DNA of 63,992 bases, filler included, from Chiloscyllium plagiosum (Eukaryota), in assembly GCF_004010195.1 (NCBI RefSeq). It is 4 parts of one record of this genome, joined end to end, with 100 filler letters (N's around TTAATTAATTAA, not from the genome) between each part and the next. Parts side by side here need not be neighbours in the genome. Positions count along the whole stretch, not along the records: positions 1 to 17,685 come from NC_057711.1; 3 more parts are not named here. One strand, 5' to 3'. The notes under the pieces are model-generated. The model did not search any database and had not been told where the DNA came from. It saw nothing but the letters and a program-made list of their open reading frames with translations. Made by a program: the position numbers and the translations under genes. Numbering within the stretch: position 1 is the first letter of the stretch; each line of letters begins with the position of its first letter. This document shows positions 1 through 12,100 of this stretch, one piece after another.

Positions 1-610
1 AAGTTTTCCTTCATTGAACGGGGTATTGAGTACAAGAGTTGGTAAATAATGATGCAGTTGTATAAGACTTTGGTGCGGCCGCATCTGGAATATTGTGTGC
101 AGTTTTGGTCGCCATATTATAGGAAGGATGTGGAGGCACTGGAACGGGTGCAGAGGAGGTTTACCAGGATGTTGCCTGGTATGGAAGGAAGATCGTATGA
201 GGAAAGACTGAGACACTTGGGGCTGTTTTCATTAGAGAAAAGAAGGTTTAGGGGTGACTTGATTGAGGTGTACAAGATGATTAGGGGGTTAGATAGGGTT
301 GACAGTGTGAACCTTTTCCCGCGTATGGAGTCGGGTATTACAAGGGGGCATAGCTTTAAATTAAGGGGGGGTAGATATAGGACTGAAGTTAGGGGTAGGT
401 TCTTCACTCAGCGAGTCGTAAGTTCATGGAATGCCCTGCCAGTAGCAGTGGTGGACTCTCCCTCTTTATGGGCATTTAAGCGGGCATTGGATAGGTATAT
501 GGAGGATAGTGGGTTAGTATAGGTTAGGTGGGCTTGGATCGGCGCAACATCGAGGGCCAAAGGGCCTGTACTGCGCTGTATTCTTCTATGTTCTATGTTC
601 TATGTTCTAT
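1..610 (+). mobile_element. CR1/HER1-type LINE 3' end (ORF2 C-terminus, 3' UTR, TTCTATG tail); looks young
   Basis: ORF 49-522 LYKTLVRPHLEYCVQFWSP...FFTQRVVSSWNALP is uninterrupted; ends in tandem ttctatg. Confidence 0.95.
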
Positions 611-619
611 CACTGCTTT

Positions 620-1620
620 TATAGTCAAGTCTTATCAAAATAAGTATCATCATTGCATTTGCCTTCCTAACTACCGACTCAACCTGCAAGTTTACCTTGA
701 GAGAATCCTAGACTAGAACTCCCAAGTCTCTTTGCACTTCAGACTTCTGAATTTTAGCCTCATTTAGAAAATTGCCTATGCCTCAATTCTTCTGACAAAA
801 GTGTATCACCTCACATTTTCCCATGTTGTACTCTATCTGCCACTTCTTTGCCCACTCTCCTAACCTGTTTAAATCTTTCTGCAGCCTCCCCGCTTCCTCA
901 ATGCTACTGTCCCTCTACCTATCTTTGTATCTTCTGCAAACATAGCCAGAATGCCTTCAGTTCCTTCATCTAGATCATTAATGTATAAAGTGAAATGTTG
1001 TAGTCCCAACACTGAGCCTTGCAGAACATCATTTATCACCGGCAGCCATCCTGAAAAGATACTTTTATTCCCACCCTTTGCTTTCTGCTAGAACGCCAGG
1101 CTTCTATCCATGCTAACAGCTTGCCTCTAACAGCATGGGCCCTTTTCTTACTCAGTAGCCTCCTGTGTGGCATCTTGTCAAAGGCCTTCTTTAAGTCCAG
1201 GTAAATAACATTCATTGGTTCTCCTTGGCCTAACCTCCTCATTACTTCCTTAAAGAATTCTAGCAGATTTGTCAGGCATGACCTCCTTTGATGAAACCAT
1301 GCTGACTTTGCCTTATTTTACCACACATTTTCAAGTATTCAGAAATTTGATCCTTTACAATGGATTCCAGTATCTTATTCACGACCGAAGTTAAGCTAAT
1401 CGATCTATAATTTTCCATCTTTTGCCTTACTCCCTTTTTAAACAGAAGTGTCATGTTAGTGATTTTCGAGTCTTCTGGGACCCTCTATGACTCTTAGCGA
1501 TTACTGAAAGATCACTACTAATGCCTCCACTATCTTTTCAGCTATCTCCCTTAGATCCCTGGGGTGTTGTCCATCTGGTCCAGGTGAATTATCTATCTTC
1601 AGGCCATTCTATTTTTCAGT
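620..1620 (-). mobile_element. CR1 LINE reverse transcriptase fragment, decayed
   Basis: NYRSISLTSVVNKILE...SQHGFIKG and VIYLDLKKAFDKMPH motifs in ORFs 1272-1454 and 1036-1242. Confidence 0.9.
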
Positions 1621-2275
1621 TTGTTCCCTCACCACTTGCTGCAGATCCAATGTAACAGCTATATCCTTTAATCAATGTTGAGGACTCCCAGGGCAGCTCC
1701 ATTCTTGCTGTATACTAGTTTGCTGCTACCTCTGCTGTGCCTGTCCTGCCGGTGGGACAGGACATATAAAGGGATGGTGGTAGTGGTGCCTGGGACATTA
1801 TTTGTAAGGTATGATTCTGTGAGAATGACTATGTCAGGCTGCGACACAGCTCTCCCAATTTTGACCCTAATCCTCAGATATTAGTAAGGAGGATGTTGCA
1901 GAGTTGACAGGACTGTTTCTCCAGTTGTCTTTTCCGTTGCCTAGGTCGATGCCAGGTAATCCATCTGATTTCATTTCTTTGAGGCTTTGTAGCAGTTGGT
2001 ACAACTGGATGACTTACTAAACCATTTCAGAGGGCAATTGAGAGACAAGCACATTGTTGTGGATGTGGAGACACATGTAGACTAGATCAGGTGAGGGTGG
2101 CAGATTTCCTTCCCCATCAGATGGGATTTTCCTGACAATCGACAATGATTCACGGTCATCATTAATTCCAGATTTTTTTTTATTGAATTCAAATTCAGTC
2201 ATCTGTCAGGTCCCCACAACATTAACTGAGTGTCTGGATTAATCGTCTCATGATAATACCGCTAGGCAATTGCCT
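1620..2275 (-). mobile_element. 5' end of a second CR1/L2-group LINE family: SINE-like head (2010-2275) running directly into AP-endonuclease coding sequence
   Basis: Minus strand encodes KLGEL..QPDIVILTESYL..IP.YVLSHRQDR. The upstream part matches the SINE copies at 42240, 45610 and 53555 (ggaaatctgcc...tacatgtg.ctcca). Confidence 0.75.
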
Positions 2276-3342
2276 ACCCTATGCTATGATAGCATAGTGG
2301 CATAATGTTACTGGACTAGTAAAGCTCAATCATACCAGTCTCCTCATCTGCGCCAAAATCAATAGCTGTCTCATCCATTTTTATCTCCCTTAATTTCTGC
2401 CTTTCATTCTAGGAAGAAAACAGCCCATCATAAAATTGAAAGAATCAAGACTGGCGGTATGCCGCTTACTCTTGGCACCTTATTAGGAGAAATCCTGACT
2501 CTGACCACTCCAAGCAGTTGACAGTCTCCAAGCCCCTGGACTAGTCTTGGAGGCTTTGATTTACTATGCCAGGAACCTGTGACTGAAGGCTATCTTGTTT
2601 GACTTGACTGAGGATTGCTCACCAGGCGTAGTGAGTTCTTCATGATGTTGAGGTAGGCTTTGCTGCGATTTCCCACCCGATCACACATTGTTCAGGCTTG
2701 CATTAGATTTTGTTCTTATTTTGTTTCATTACAGTGTGACTCCAGAGGTCTGCCCATGGTGGATACAGGATCAGGTGAATGGGTGGATTGTCTGAGTTGG
2801 CATGAAGATTCTGAGAGGCCAGTAGGGTGGGTGTAGTGGGGCATTGATTGATATGATTTGTCATAGACTCGGCATGGTGAATGTGATGTGTTGAGTCAGT
2901 CTAGAGAGCCAAACTAAGCATTCCAAAAAGTTCCTGCGATTCACCATTCAAACTGAAAAATTCCCCAACTCCTGCTATCTGAGTCAGATAGGGAACTCTG
3001 GGCTAAATTGGCAGATAGAGTAGAGGTGGAAAACTTAAAATTACAGCAAACATTTTAATTAGCAACTTAAGCATTCATACTCAATAAACCAGCAAAAAAT
3101 TATATATCTAAAATACAATAGGTTTGCAGTGTTATCGTGATCTCTGCAATGTCTGAAGAATCAGTTGAGGGTGCAAATGAGAAGGCTATCTGCGCTAAGA
3201 TTTATTTAAGACAAAGTTGCATTTTATGCTGTAAAGTATAACAGTGATATATATACCCTCTGCATTACATTTCTATTGCTTAGTGCGCATTTTTACATTG
3301 ATTATGCTGACCGCTTGATCAACTGGCATACTCCTGGTCCCA

Positions 3343-3930
3343 CAGAGTCATAGAGATGTATAGCACAGAAACAAACCCTTTGGTCCAACCCGTCCATGCC
3401 GACCAGATATCCCAATCCAATCTAGTCCTATAGAGTCATAGAGATGTACAGCATGGAAACAGACCCTTCGGTCCAACCCGACCATGCCGACCAGATATCC
3501 CAATCCAATCTAGTCCCACCTGCCAGCACCTGACCCATATCCCTCCAAACCCTTCCTATTCATAACCCACCCAAATGCCTTTTAAATTTTGCAGTTGTAC
3601 GGTGACAACTTCCATTTATTTAATAGAATTCTACATTCTGTAATATAGCACTAAGACATTCACCTAAGTAATCTTGGCTGGTTTTTGTGCCCAAGCCAGA
3701 TCTGTAGCCACCTCACAATAGTTATAAGCATAGAAACTAGGAGCATAAGTCAGCCATTTGGTGCCTGCTCCGCTATTCAGTATGAATGTAGTTGATCTTC
3801 TGTCTCAATGACATTTTCCCATTCAATATCGCTTGGTGCCTTTAATATTTAAAAATATATCAATCTTATTTTGAATATACTCAGTGAACCAGCCTCCCTG
3901 GCCTTTTGTGATAACGGATTCCACAGATAG
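3343..3930 (-). mobile_element. Two CR1 3'-end fragments, the first with an ~86-bp tandem duplication of its tail
   Basis: agagtcatagagatgta...aatctagtcc occurs at 3343 and again at about 3432; another CR1 3' UTR at about 3725-3930. Confidence 0.8.
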
Positions 3931-3961
3931 GGAAGTCGGAGCCAAATTGGCAGATAGAGTA

Positions 3962-4088
3962 GAGCTGATGAAGGGCTTATGCCCAAAACCTCGATTCTCC
4001 TGCTTCTAGGATGCTGTCTGACCTGCTGTGCCTTTCCAGCACCACAATCTCAACTCTGATCTCCAGCATCTGCACTCCCTACTTTCCT
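3962..4088 (+). mobile_element. Penelope-like pseudo-LTR fragment with degenerate hammerhead motif
   Basis: ctgatgaagggcttatgcccaaaac...ctccagcatctgca; same motif flanks PLE ORFs elsewhere in the window. Confidence 0.8.
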
Positions 4089-4559
4089 AAAATTATAAAC
4101 CATTACTGTTCAGTATTAAATATCTAAGTGAAGATAATAGCTCAGCCAGACATCCCTTCTTAGATCTAACAGCCCAATCCAAAAATAAATCAAATCGACC
4201 AGTGTGTATTCTTACAAGCTCCATACACAAAGCAAAGATATTTAGGCTTAGCGTCCATGTATGAGATCAAATCACTTGATAATTCAGCCAGTAGTATATT
4301 GTAGTACAAAGAGCCTGTAAATATTTCAGAAATGGAAATTTGCAAATTACTTCCAAATTTCAAAACAATATTGAAAACAATCCAAACACTAAACCTGTAT
4401 GATTACAGTCTCTAAGCAATAGAGAAATCAACCTCTACATTGTGAATTGGCACTGAACAGACAGTATAATTCCCCCGTGATTTTGCGCCTTACCCAGGTC
4501 TGGCATACCCATCCTTATACTGTGTCTAAACGGGTTTTGCTAGGGACCCTATGGGATCA

Positions 4560-5560
4560 GAGGTTTGAGTTGTAAGGCTAACTGCTTGGCAGCTGCATAT
4601 ACTTGCCCATCACTTTATAAATAGTATCATTTTCATCAGCATGAGCCAGATATCTTGATAACTGTCAGATTGATTGGACAAAATATCATTACTATAACGC
4701 TGCCCCCCTTTGGAGTTAAAAATCTTCAATGTTCCCACAAGGCTCCAAAATCGTGGATCATATCAAAAACACAATAAAGAGACACTGTATATTAGTAGAT
4801 TTTCCTTTCGATAGGATGAAAGCCTGTCGATTCCCAACGTCAGCTCCGAGGTAACATTAAAGACACATTACTCCACGTTGGCCACATTTCAACAGTTAAA
4901 GCAAGGGCCAGGCATTTGCCCCTGGGTTTCTTTTTTGATATCTTGTTGCCAGTCACAAAGGTTAAATGTTGTGGCCTGCCTGTCCCCATTTTCAGGGTCC
5001 CCTCAGGAAAGCGTTGTCCAGCAGTGGTCGTCAGGTAGGTACATGAGGTAGGTTCCGCCCCCAGTGGGTATCTTGGTTCCAATCAACCCTACCAGGGATG
5101 GCATACGGCATTTGGGATCACGAGGATGCTGAATATAATTTGTTTTACCTGTAACTTGCATCATGGTTCAGTCTGGTTCTGGCCATCCCAAAGGAAAACC
5201 AGCTCTCACCTCATTTGTGACAGGAAATTCCTGGACTGGTTTATACTGTTGGTCTGGATCATGTCAGTAACTCCAGCCAGAAAACATTGCAAAAGCATAG
5301 GGTTAAATAAAGGTAATTGAGCTTCTTGATTATTGTTCAATTGTTTGTCACTTCCATCAGACAGATAGGCGCATCTTTCAGACTTGTAACACAAGCCATT
5401 CGTATTCAGGCTACTCCTAGAATTTTACTGCATTTGTATCCGTGTCACACTTGGACATACTGAGCAAATTTGGCCGTTCTGTCTTGCAGTCAGTTCATTA
5501 TTTTTACTTTAGTACCTGGGATGGGACCTTATTTAGGATGGCGCAAGTCATTCATCCCCA
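4560..5560 (-). mobile_element. Decayed class I (gamma/epsilon-like) endogenous retrovirus: probable gag remnant joined to RNase H
   Basis: Frameshifted minus-strand translation: QAFILSKGKSTNI / SLYCVFDMIHDFGALWEH*RFLTPKG / PINLTVIKI / AHADENDTIYK / QVYAAAKQLAL, matching retroviral RNase H. Upstream GPCFNC*NVAN resembles a broken CCHC knuckle. The gag boundary is uncertain. Confidence 0.75.
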
Positions 5561-5659
5561 TGATATCGGCTATGAAGACTGAATGCTTCATTTTCAAAAA
5601 GAAGGAAAAGTTTAAATGAGTGGATGCTTTAAACTAAGGCTGGCGACAATCAGGAGATG

Positions 5660-5956
5660 ATTCAATTTCCTAGAGTGTGGAAACAGGCCTAACAAGTCCG
5701 CACCAATCCTATGAAGAATAAACCACCTAAACCCATCTCCCTCTGACTAATGCATCTAACACTAAGGGCAATTTAGCATGGCCAATTCACCTGACATGCA
5801 AATTTTTGGACTGTGGAAAGAAACTGGAGCACCCGGTGGAAACCCACACAGACACAGGGAGAATGTGCAAATTCCACACAGACAGCCATCCAAGGCTGGC
5901 ATTAAACCCGGGACTCTGGCACCGCAAGGCAGCAATGCCAACCACATAGCCACAGG
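5660..5956 (-). mobile_element. HE1-type SINE
   Basis: tRNA-like head, central ggccatgctaaattgccc domain, CR1-derived gggcctgtttccacact tail. Confidence 0.9.
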
Positions 5957-8035
5957 GCTCAGCATGTATACAGGAACGAAAGCCCAATTCTCAAAAAGGG
6001 TCAGTATGCCAGACATAGGCTCGGGATTCCGAGTAGAATCTAAGATTTTTTTATTTTACAGTATTGTTGCTTTAACCTTGTTTATATGTTCCTCAACCTT
6101 AGTGGCCTTACATTGTCTTCTCATGTTATTTCTATTTTTTTAATATACATATTATATAACCATTCACAATCACCTCCCCAAGTTTTGGGAGTTTCATCTG
6201 CCATATTTATATCTATCCCTATCCCCCAATCATATGCAAACTTTCTTCAACTGGCCAGTAATGTAGCTTTCCATTCTTTAATTAACAATGAATTAATGCA
6301 GTCATGTTTTAAATTAGCCATGAATCAATATAACAGGTCACTGAGAATGTGTGAAGGAATCCTGCTAATTAATATTGATTCAGGCTAATTCAATTGATTT
6401 ATTATAAATATTAATAATTTAAATAATAATATATAATTAATAATAAATATTTCTAATAATAAATAAAATAATCATTATCTTTAATTCAGGGTGGAAACCC
6501 AACAAGTGACTAAAACATTTTAAAAACTGTACTCTGCTACTTTATCCTCCTTATTGCATCATCCTCTTCCCTTCTGTAGTTGATCTCCTTGTCTCTATTG
6601 ACATTTTAACCTCATTTAACCAATTTATTAATTTATGCTTGTCTAACTTTAAAACCTGTTCCTAACTATATATTTTGGAATCTTACTTGTCATATTCTGA
6701 AAGCTAATTTTAGGATTTGAATTTTCAGCTAATCAAAAATTACAAGAGGAGAATAACTAAATAGGTGTCTCATTCACTTGTCCTAGTCATTGTATCACAT
6801 AGCTGTGACATTATGGAGCTTGCCAACTCCATGAAATGGGGCAGTGATGCTGCAAAAGAAATAATGATTGATATACCAACCTATTCCTTGATATGTTTGG
6901 CTGTCCCTATTTTCCAAAGGTTGGAATGCTGGGTAATAGCAGTGCCTGCTTAAGTAAGGCAGTAGTCCTTTTTCTTCATTAGGGACACCTAATGATATGG
7001 ATGGAATTCAGCTTGAATTTTGGAGAGAGCACTGAGTGGAGTGGTACCACGCGTACTTTATGCATTACTGAGTGTGGATACATCTGAAGAAGATTATGGA
7101 AAATAAGTAAGTTTTCAATTATTTTTGTGGACATTGGAGGATCAACAGAGCTGAGTTCTCAATGTCTTGTTTTTGAGAGTAGATCTCCTCTGTGGTAATA
7201 TATCTGTGGTCATTTTTTATAATATATCTGAGTAACATAAAACATTTTATTTTCTTATATCATTTCTAAATATATATTTATATATTACATATAAATTGGA
7301 AATTCATTTATTCAGTATTTAATATTTAAAATGTAAAATGCCTACAGTTCCCAACTTTGAAATCCAATATAATTGCCCGGTTTTAGTCCCTTAATTGAAA
7401 TCCAAAATTAGTTTTCTTAAGTAGTCCTGACCAGTCATTGCTCAATTGCAATGCTATAGGTCAAATAACCAGAGCTGCCTTAAGAGGATTTGTCTATTCA
7501 AGTTAAAAAAAACTACTAATGCATAAAAAATGGCCGAATCCAAGGACACAGACATTAACCATAAAATTTTTTTTGATGATTTATTACAATCTAATGTTGA
7601 ACTGAAACTTCAACTGTCATTGAGGGAGGGGACTTTCTGAATAAAGCTACGGCTGGCACATCATAATCACCAATGAAACTCATCAGTCTTAAAATTAAGT
7701 GGAAACAAACGAGTCTGAAACACAATAAAAAGGTTATAATGTTTTCCTCCTCATTAAGCAGATTTGAAATTGAATAAGGTTGGCTTTTATGTAAGGATAA
7801 AAGAGATTAGTTAGAAACTGATAGTAAGGCACTCATGACCTGTAAAAGGAACAGGAGTTAATATTTTATTTCATAATCACTGTAAAATCCTTAACCTTAA
7901 AAGAAATCATGTTATATTTCCATAATAGAAATCAGATTCAAAACAGTCCCGGATCTCAAGTTCCAGGGAACAAACAAACAAATGTGCATTCAAACTGAAT
8001 CACAAAGGGTTAAACTTTCTATTAGCTGTACAGCT

Positions 8036-8037
<2 letters not shown>

Positions 8038-8081
<44 letters not shown>
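8038..8081. repeat. (CT)n(CA)n compound microsatellite
   Basis: Directly visible. Confidence 0.95.
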
Positions 8082-9111
8082 CATATCTCAGTTTTGTCTG
8101 ATAGATCCTGGCTGTGGGATCATTGCTTAACCAAGTGTGGAAGAATTGTTACCACTGGGCAGCCTTATTTTTTAACACATCAAGAAAGAATAACGGCCAC
8201 CCTCCATATTCCATAAACAAAGAACAATCACCAAAGCGAACAAAAAAGCAACAAAGCAAGACGAGCCAAGCTGAACAGATACAACAGGTACAACAACAAC
8301 AATACAACAGATACACCAGCGAGATTATTATCTTGTCAATGTTGTTCCTGGACTACACCAGTAAAGTTATTGAGAATTAAGTGAAACAGCTATAAATTCC
8401 AAAGACCGATCAGCCTGTAAGGAAGAGTCTGAAATGGGAGCTGCAAAAAAAATTATATAATACTATATAAAACAACACCACTCATCTAAATCCGAATTAT
8501 CATTGTCTTCCTCATTAAAACTAAGGCTAACAATTGAATTGCGCAATTATGTTTGTTTACCAGTCACTTGTGACTTCTCCTTTTGTTTCTGTATTTATTT
8601 TGCTTGAGCACTTCACTTTTAAGAACCTCAACAGACTTCATAGCACCATTTGCAGTTAACTTAATCCGTAATTTGGTGGCAGTATCCTGCCACGAGCACA
8701 AAACTGATTCTTTGTGCCTCTCATCACAAAACTGTCACCATAGTCCAATTAACTCTTTCGTTCCCACTCCCATGTTATGTTGCTAAATTAATTGCTGAGC
8801 TGATTTAACCAACTGAACAGATTTAGGGACTCCTAATGATATTTTTCATCACCCAATGTTTTATTTAGACTCCATACAGTTTTCTAAAGGCTTCAGACCT
8901 TTTCATATAATTTCACTAACGTTGACGATGAATCATCTGTTCTGTATACGTAATTATCCACTTCAAAGGTACTTCAGTTTTATGCCAACTAATTTTAAAA
9001 AATATTACCCAGTGATCAAACTTCCACAGATGCTAATCAATTATCAAACCTTTCTATTAAAAAAACTTTCATTATAAAATTTAGTGATATTTCTTTCTTA
9101 TTTAAAAAAAA

Positions 9112-12100
9112 CAGGAGCCTCGCCTCCGAAACCTCAAATACCAGGGTCCTCTTGCCCCCTCTAACCTCAAATACCAGGGACCTCTTGCCCCCTGAAACCT
9201 CAAATGACAGGTGCCACTTGCCCCCTGTAACCTGAAATACCAGGGGCCGTTTTCCCCTTGTAACTTCAAATATCAGTAGCCTCACCCCCTGAAACCTCAA
9301 ATATCAGGGGCCTCTTGACCCCTCTAACCTCAAATACCAGGAGTCTCGCCCCTGAAACCTCAAATACAAGGGGCCTCGCCCCGAAACCTCAAATACCAGA
9401 GGCCTCTTGCCCCCTGTAACCTCAAATACTGGGGCCTTTTGCCCCCTGAAATCTCAAATACCTGGAGCCTCTTGCCCCTTCTAACCTCAAATACTGGGGC
9501 CTCTTGCCCCCTGTAACCCCAAATGCCAGAGGCCTCTTTCCCCCGTAACTGTAAATACCAGGGGCCTATTGCCCCCTGTAACCACAAATACTGGGAGCCT
9601 CTTGCCCCCTGTAACTTCAAATACCAGAGGCCTCTTGCTCCTGTATCTTGAAATATCAGGGGCCTCTAGCTCCCTGTAACCACAAATACCAGGGGCCTCT
9701 TGCCCCCTGTAACTTCAAATACCAGGGGCCTCTTGCCCCTTGTAACCTCAAATGCCAGGGACCTCTTGCCCCCTGTAACCTGAAATACCAGGGGCCGCTT
9801 TCCCCTTGTAACTTCAAATATCAGGAGCCTCGCCCCCAAAACCCCAAATACCTGGGGCCTCTTGCCCCTTCTAACCTCAAACACCAGGGGCCTCTTGCCC
9901 CCTGAAACCTCAAATACCAGGGGCCTCTTGTCCCCTGAAACCTCAAATACTGGGGCTTCTTGCCCCTGTATTTTGAAATATCAGGGGGCTCTTGCTCCCT
10001 GTAACCTCAAATACCAGGGGCCTCTTGCCCCCTCTAACCTCAAATGCCAGGGGCCTCTTGCCCCCTGTAACCTGAAATACCAGGGGCCGTTTTCCCCTTG
10101 TAACTTCAAATATCAGTAGCCTCACCCCCTGAAACCTCAAATATCAGGGGCCTCTTGACCCCTCTAACCTCAAATACCAGGGGTCTCGCCCCGAACCCTC
10201 AAATACCAGAGGCCTCTTGCCCCCTGTAACCTCAAATACTGGGGCCTCTAGCCCCCTGAAACCCCAAATACCTGGGGCCTCTTGCCCCCTGAAATCTCAA
10301 ATACCAGGGGCCTCTTGTCCCCTGAAACCTCAAATACTGGGGCCTCTTGCCCCTGTATCTTGAAATATCAGGGGGCTCTTGCTCCCTGTAACCTCAAATA
10401 CCAGGGGCCTCTTGTCCCCTCTAACCTCAAATGCCAGGGGCCTCTTGCCCCCTGTAACCTGAAATACCAGGGGCCACTTTCCCCTTGTAACTTCAAATAT
10501 CAGGAGCCTCACACACGAAACCTCAAATAACAGGGGCCTCTTGCCCCCTCTAACCTCAAATACCAGGGGTCTCGCCCCCTGAAATCTCAAATACCAGGGG
10601 CCTCTTACCCCAAAACCTCAAATACTGGGGCCTCTTGCCCCCTGAAACCCCAAATGCCTGGGGCCTCTTGCCTGCTGAAACCTCAAATACCAGGGGCCTG
10701 TTGTCCCCTGAAACCTCAAATACTGGGGCCTCTTGCCCCCGTAACCCCAAATGCCAGGGGCCTCTTGCCCCCTGTAACCTCAAATGCCAGGGGCCTCTTG
10801 CCCCCGTAACCTGAAATACCAGGGGCCGTTTTCCCCTTGTAACTTCAAATATCAGTAGCCTCATCCCCTGAAACCTCAAATATCAGGGGCCTCTTGACCC
10901 CTCTAACCTCAAATACCAGGGGTCTCGCCCCCGAAACCTCAAATACAAGGGTCCTCGCCCCGAAACCTCAAATACCAGAGGCCTTTTGCCCCCTGAAACC
11001 CCAAATACCTGGGGCCTCTTGCCCCCTGAAACCTCAAATACCAGGGGCCTCTTGCCCCCTGTAACCCCAAATGCCAGAGGCCTCTTTCCCCCATAACTGT
11101 AAATACCAGGGGCCTATTGCCCCCTGTAACCACAAATACTGGGAGCCTCATGCCCCCTGTAACTTCAAATACCAGAGGCCTCTTGCCCCTGTACCTTGAA
11201 ATATCAGGGGCCTCTAGCTCCCTGTAACCACAAATACCAGGGGCCTCTTGCCCCCTGTAACTTCAAATACCAGGGGCCTCTTGCCCCTTGTAACCTCAAA
11301 TGCCAGGGACCTCTTGCCCCCTGTAACCTGAAATACCAGGGGCCGCTTTCCCCTTGTAACTTCAAATATCAGGAGCCTCGCCTCCGAAACCTCAAATACC
11401 AGGGTCCTCTTGCCCCCTCTAACCTCAAATACCAGGGGTCTCGCCCCCTGAAACCTCAAATACCAGGGGCCTCTTGCCCCAAAACCTCAAATACTGGGGC
11501 CTCTAGCCCCCTGAAACCCCAAATACCTGGGGCCTCTTGCCCCTTCTAACCTCAAACACCAGGGCCCTCTTTCCCCCGGAAACCTCAAATACCAGGGGCC
11601 TCTTGTCCCCTGAAACCTCAAATACTGGGGCCTCTTGCCCCAGTATTTGAGGTTTCAGGGGACAAGAGGCCCCTGGTATTTCAGGTTACAGGGGGCAAGA
11701 GCCCCCTGATATTTCAAGATATCAGGGGTCTCTTGCTCCCTGTAACCTCAAATACCAGGGGCCTCTTGCCCCCTCTAACCTCAAATGCCAGGGGCCTCTT
11801 GCCCCCTGTAACCTGAAATACCAGGGGCCACTTTCCCCTTGTAACTTCAAATATCAGGAGCCTCGCCCATGAAATCTCAAATACCAGGGGCCTCTTGCCC
11901 CCTCTAACCTCAAATACCAGGGGTCTCGCCCCCTGAAACCTCAAATACCTGGGGCCTCTTGCCCCCTGAAACCTCAAATACCAGGGGCGTCTTGTGCCCT
12001 GAAACCTCAAATACTGGGGCCTCTTGCCCCCTGTAACCCCAAATGCCAGGGCCTCCTGCCCCTGTAACTGCAAATGCCAGGGGCCTATTGCCCCCTGTAA

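Noticed and set aside
2410..2480. Plus-strand acceptor followed by KKTAHHKIERIKTGGMP, resembling a Harbinger Myb/SANT protein exon
   Set aside because: Too short and decayed to call without a search.
8114..8380. Q/K-rich ORF
   Set aside because: Low-complexity A/C-rich DNA without domain or splice support.
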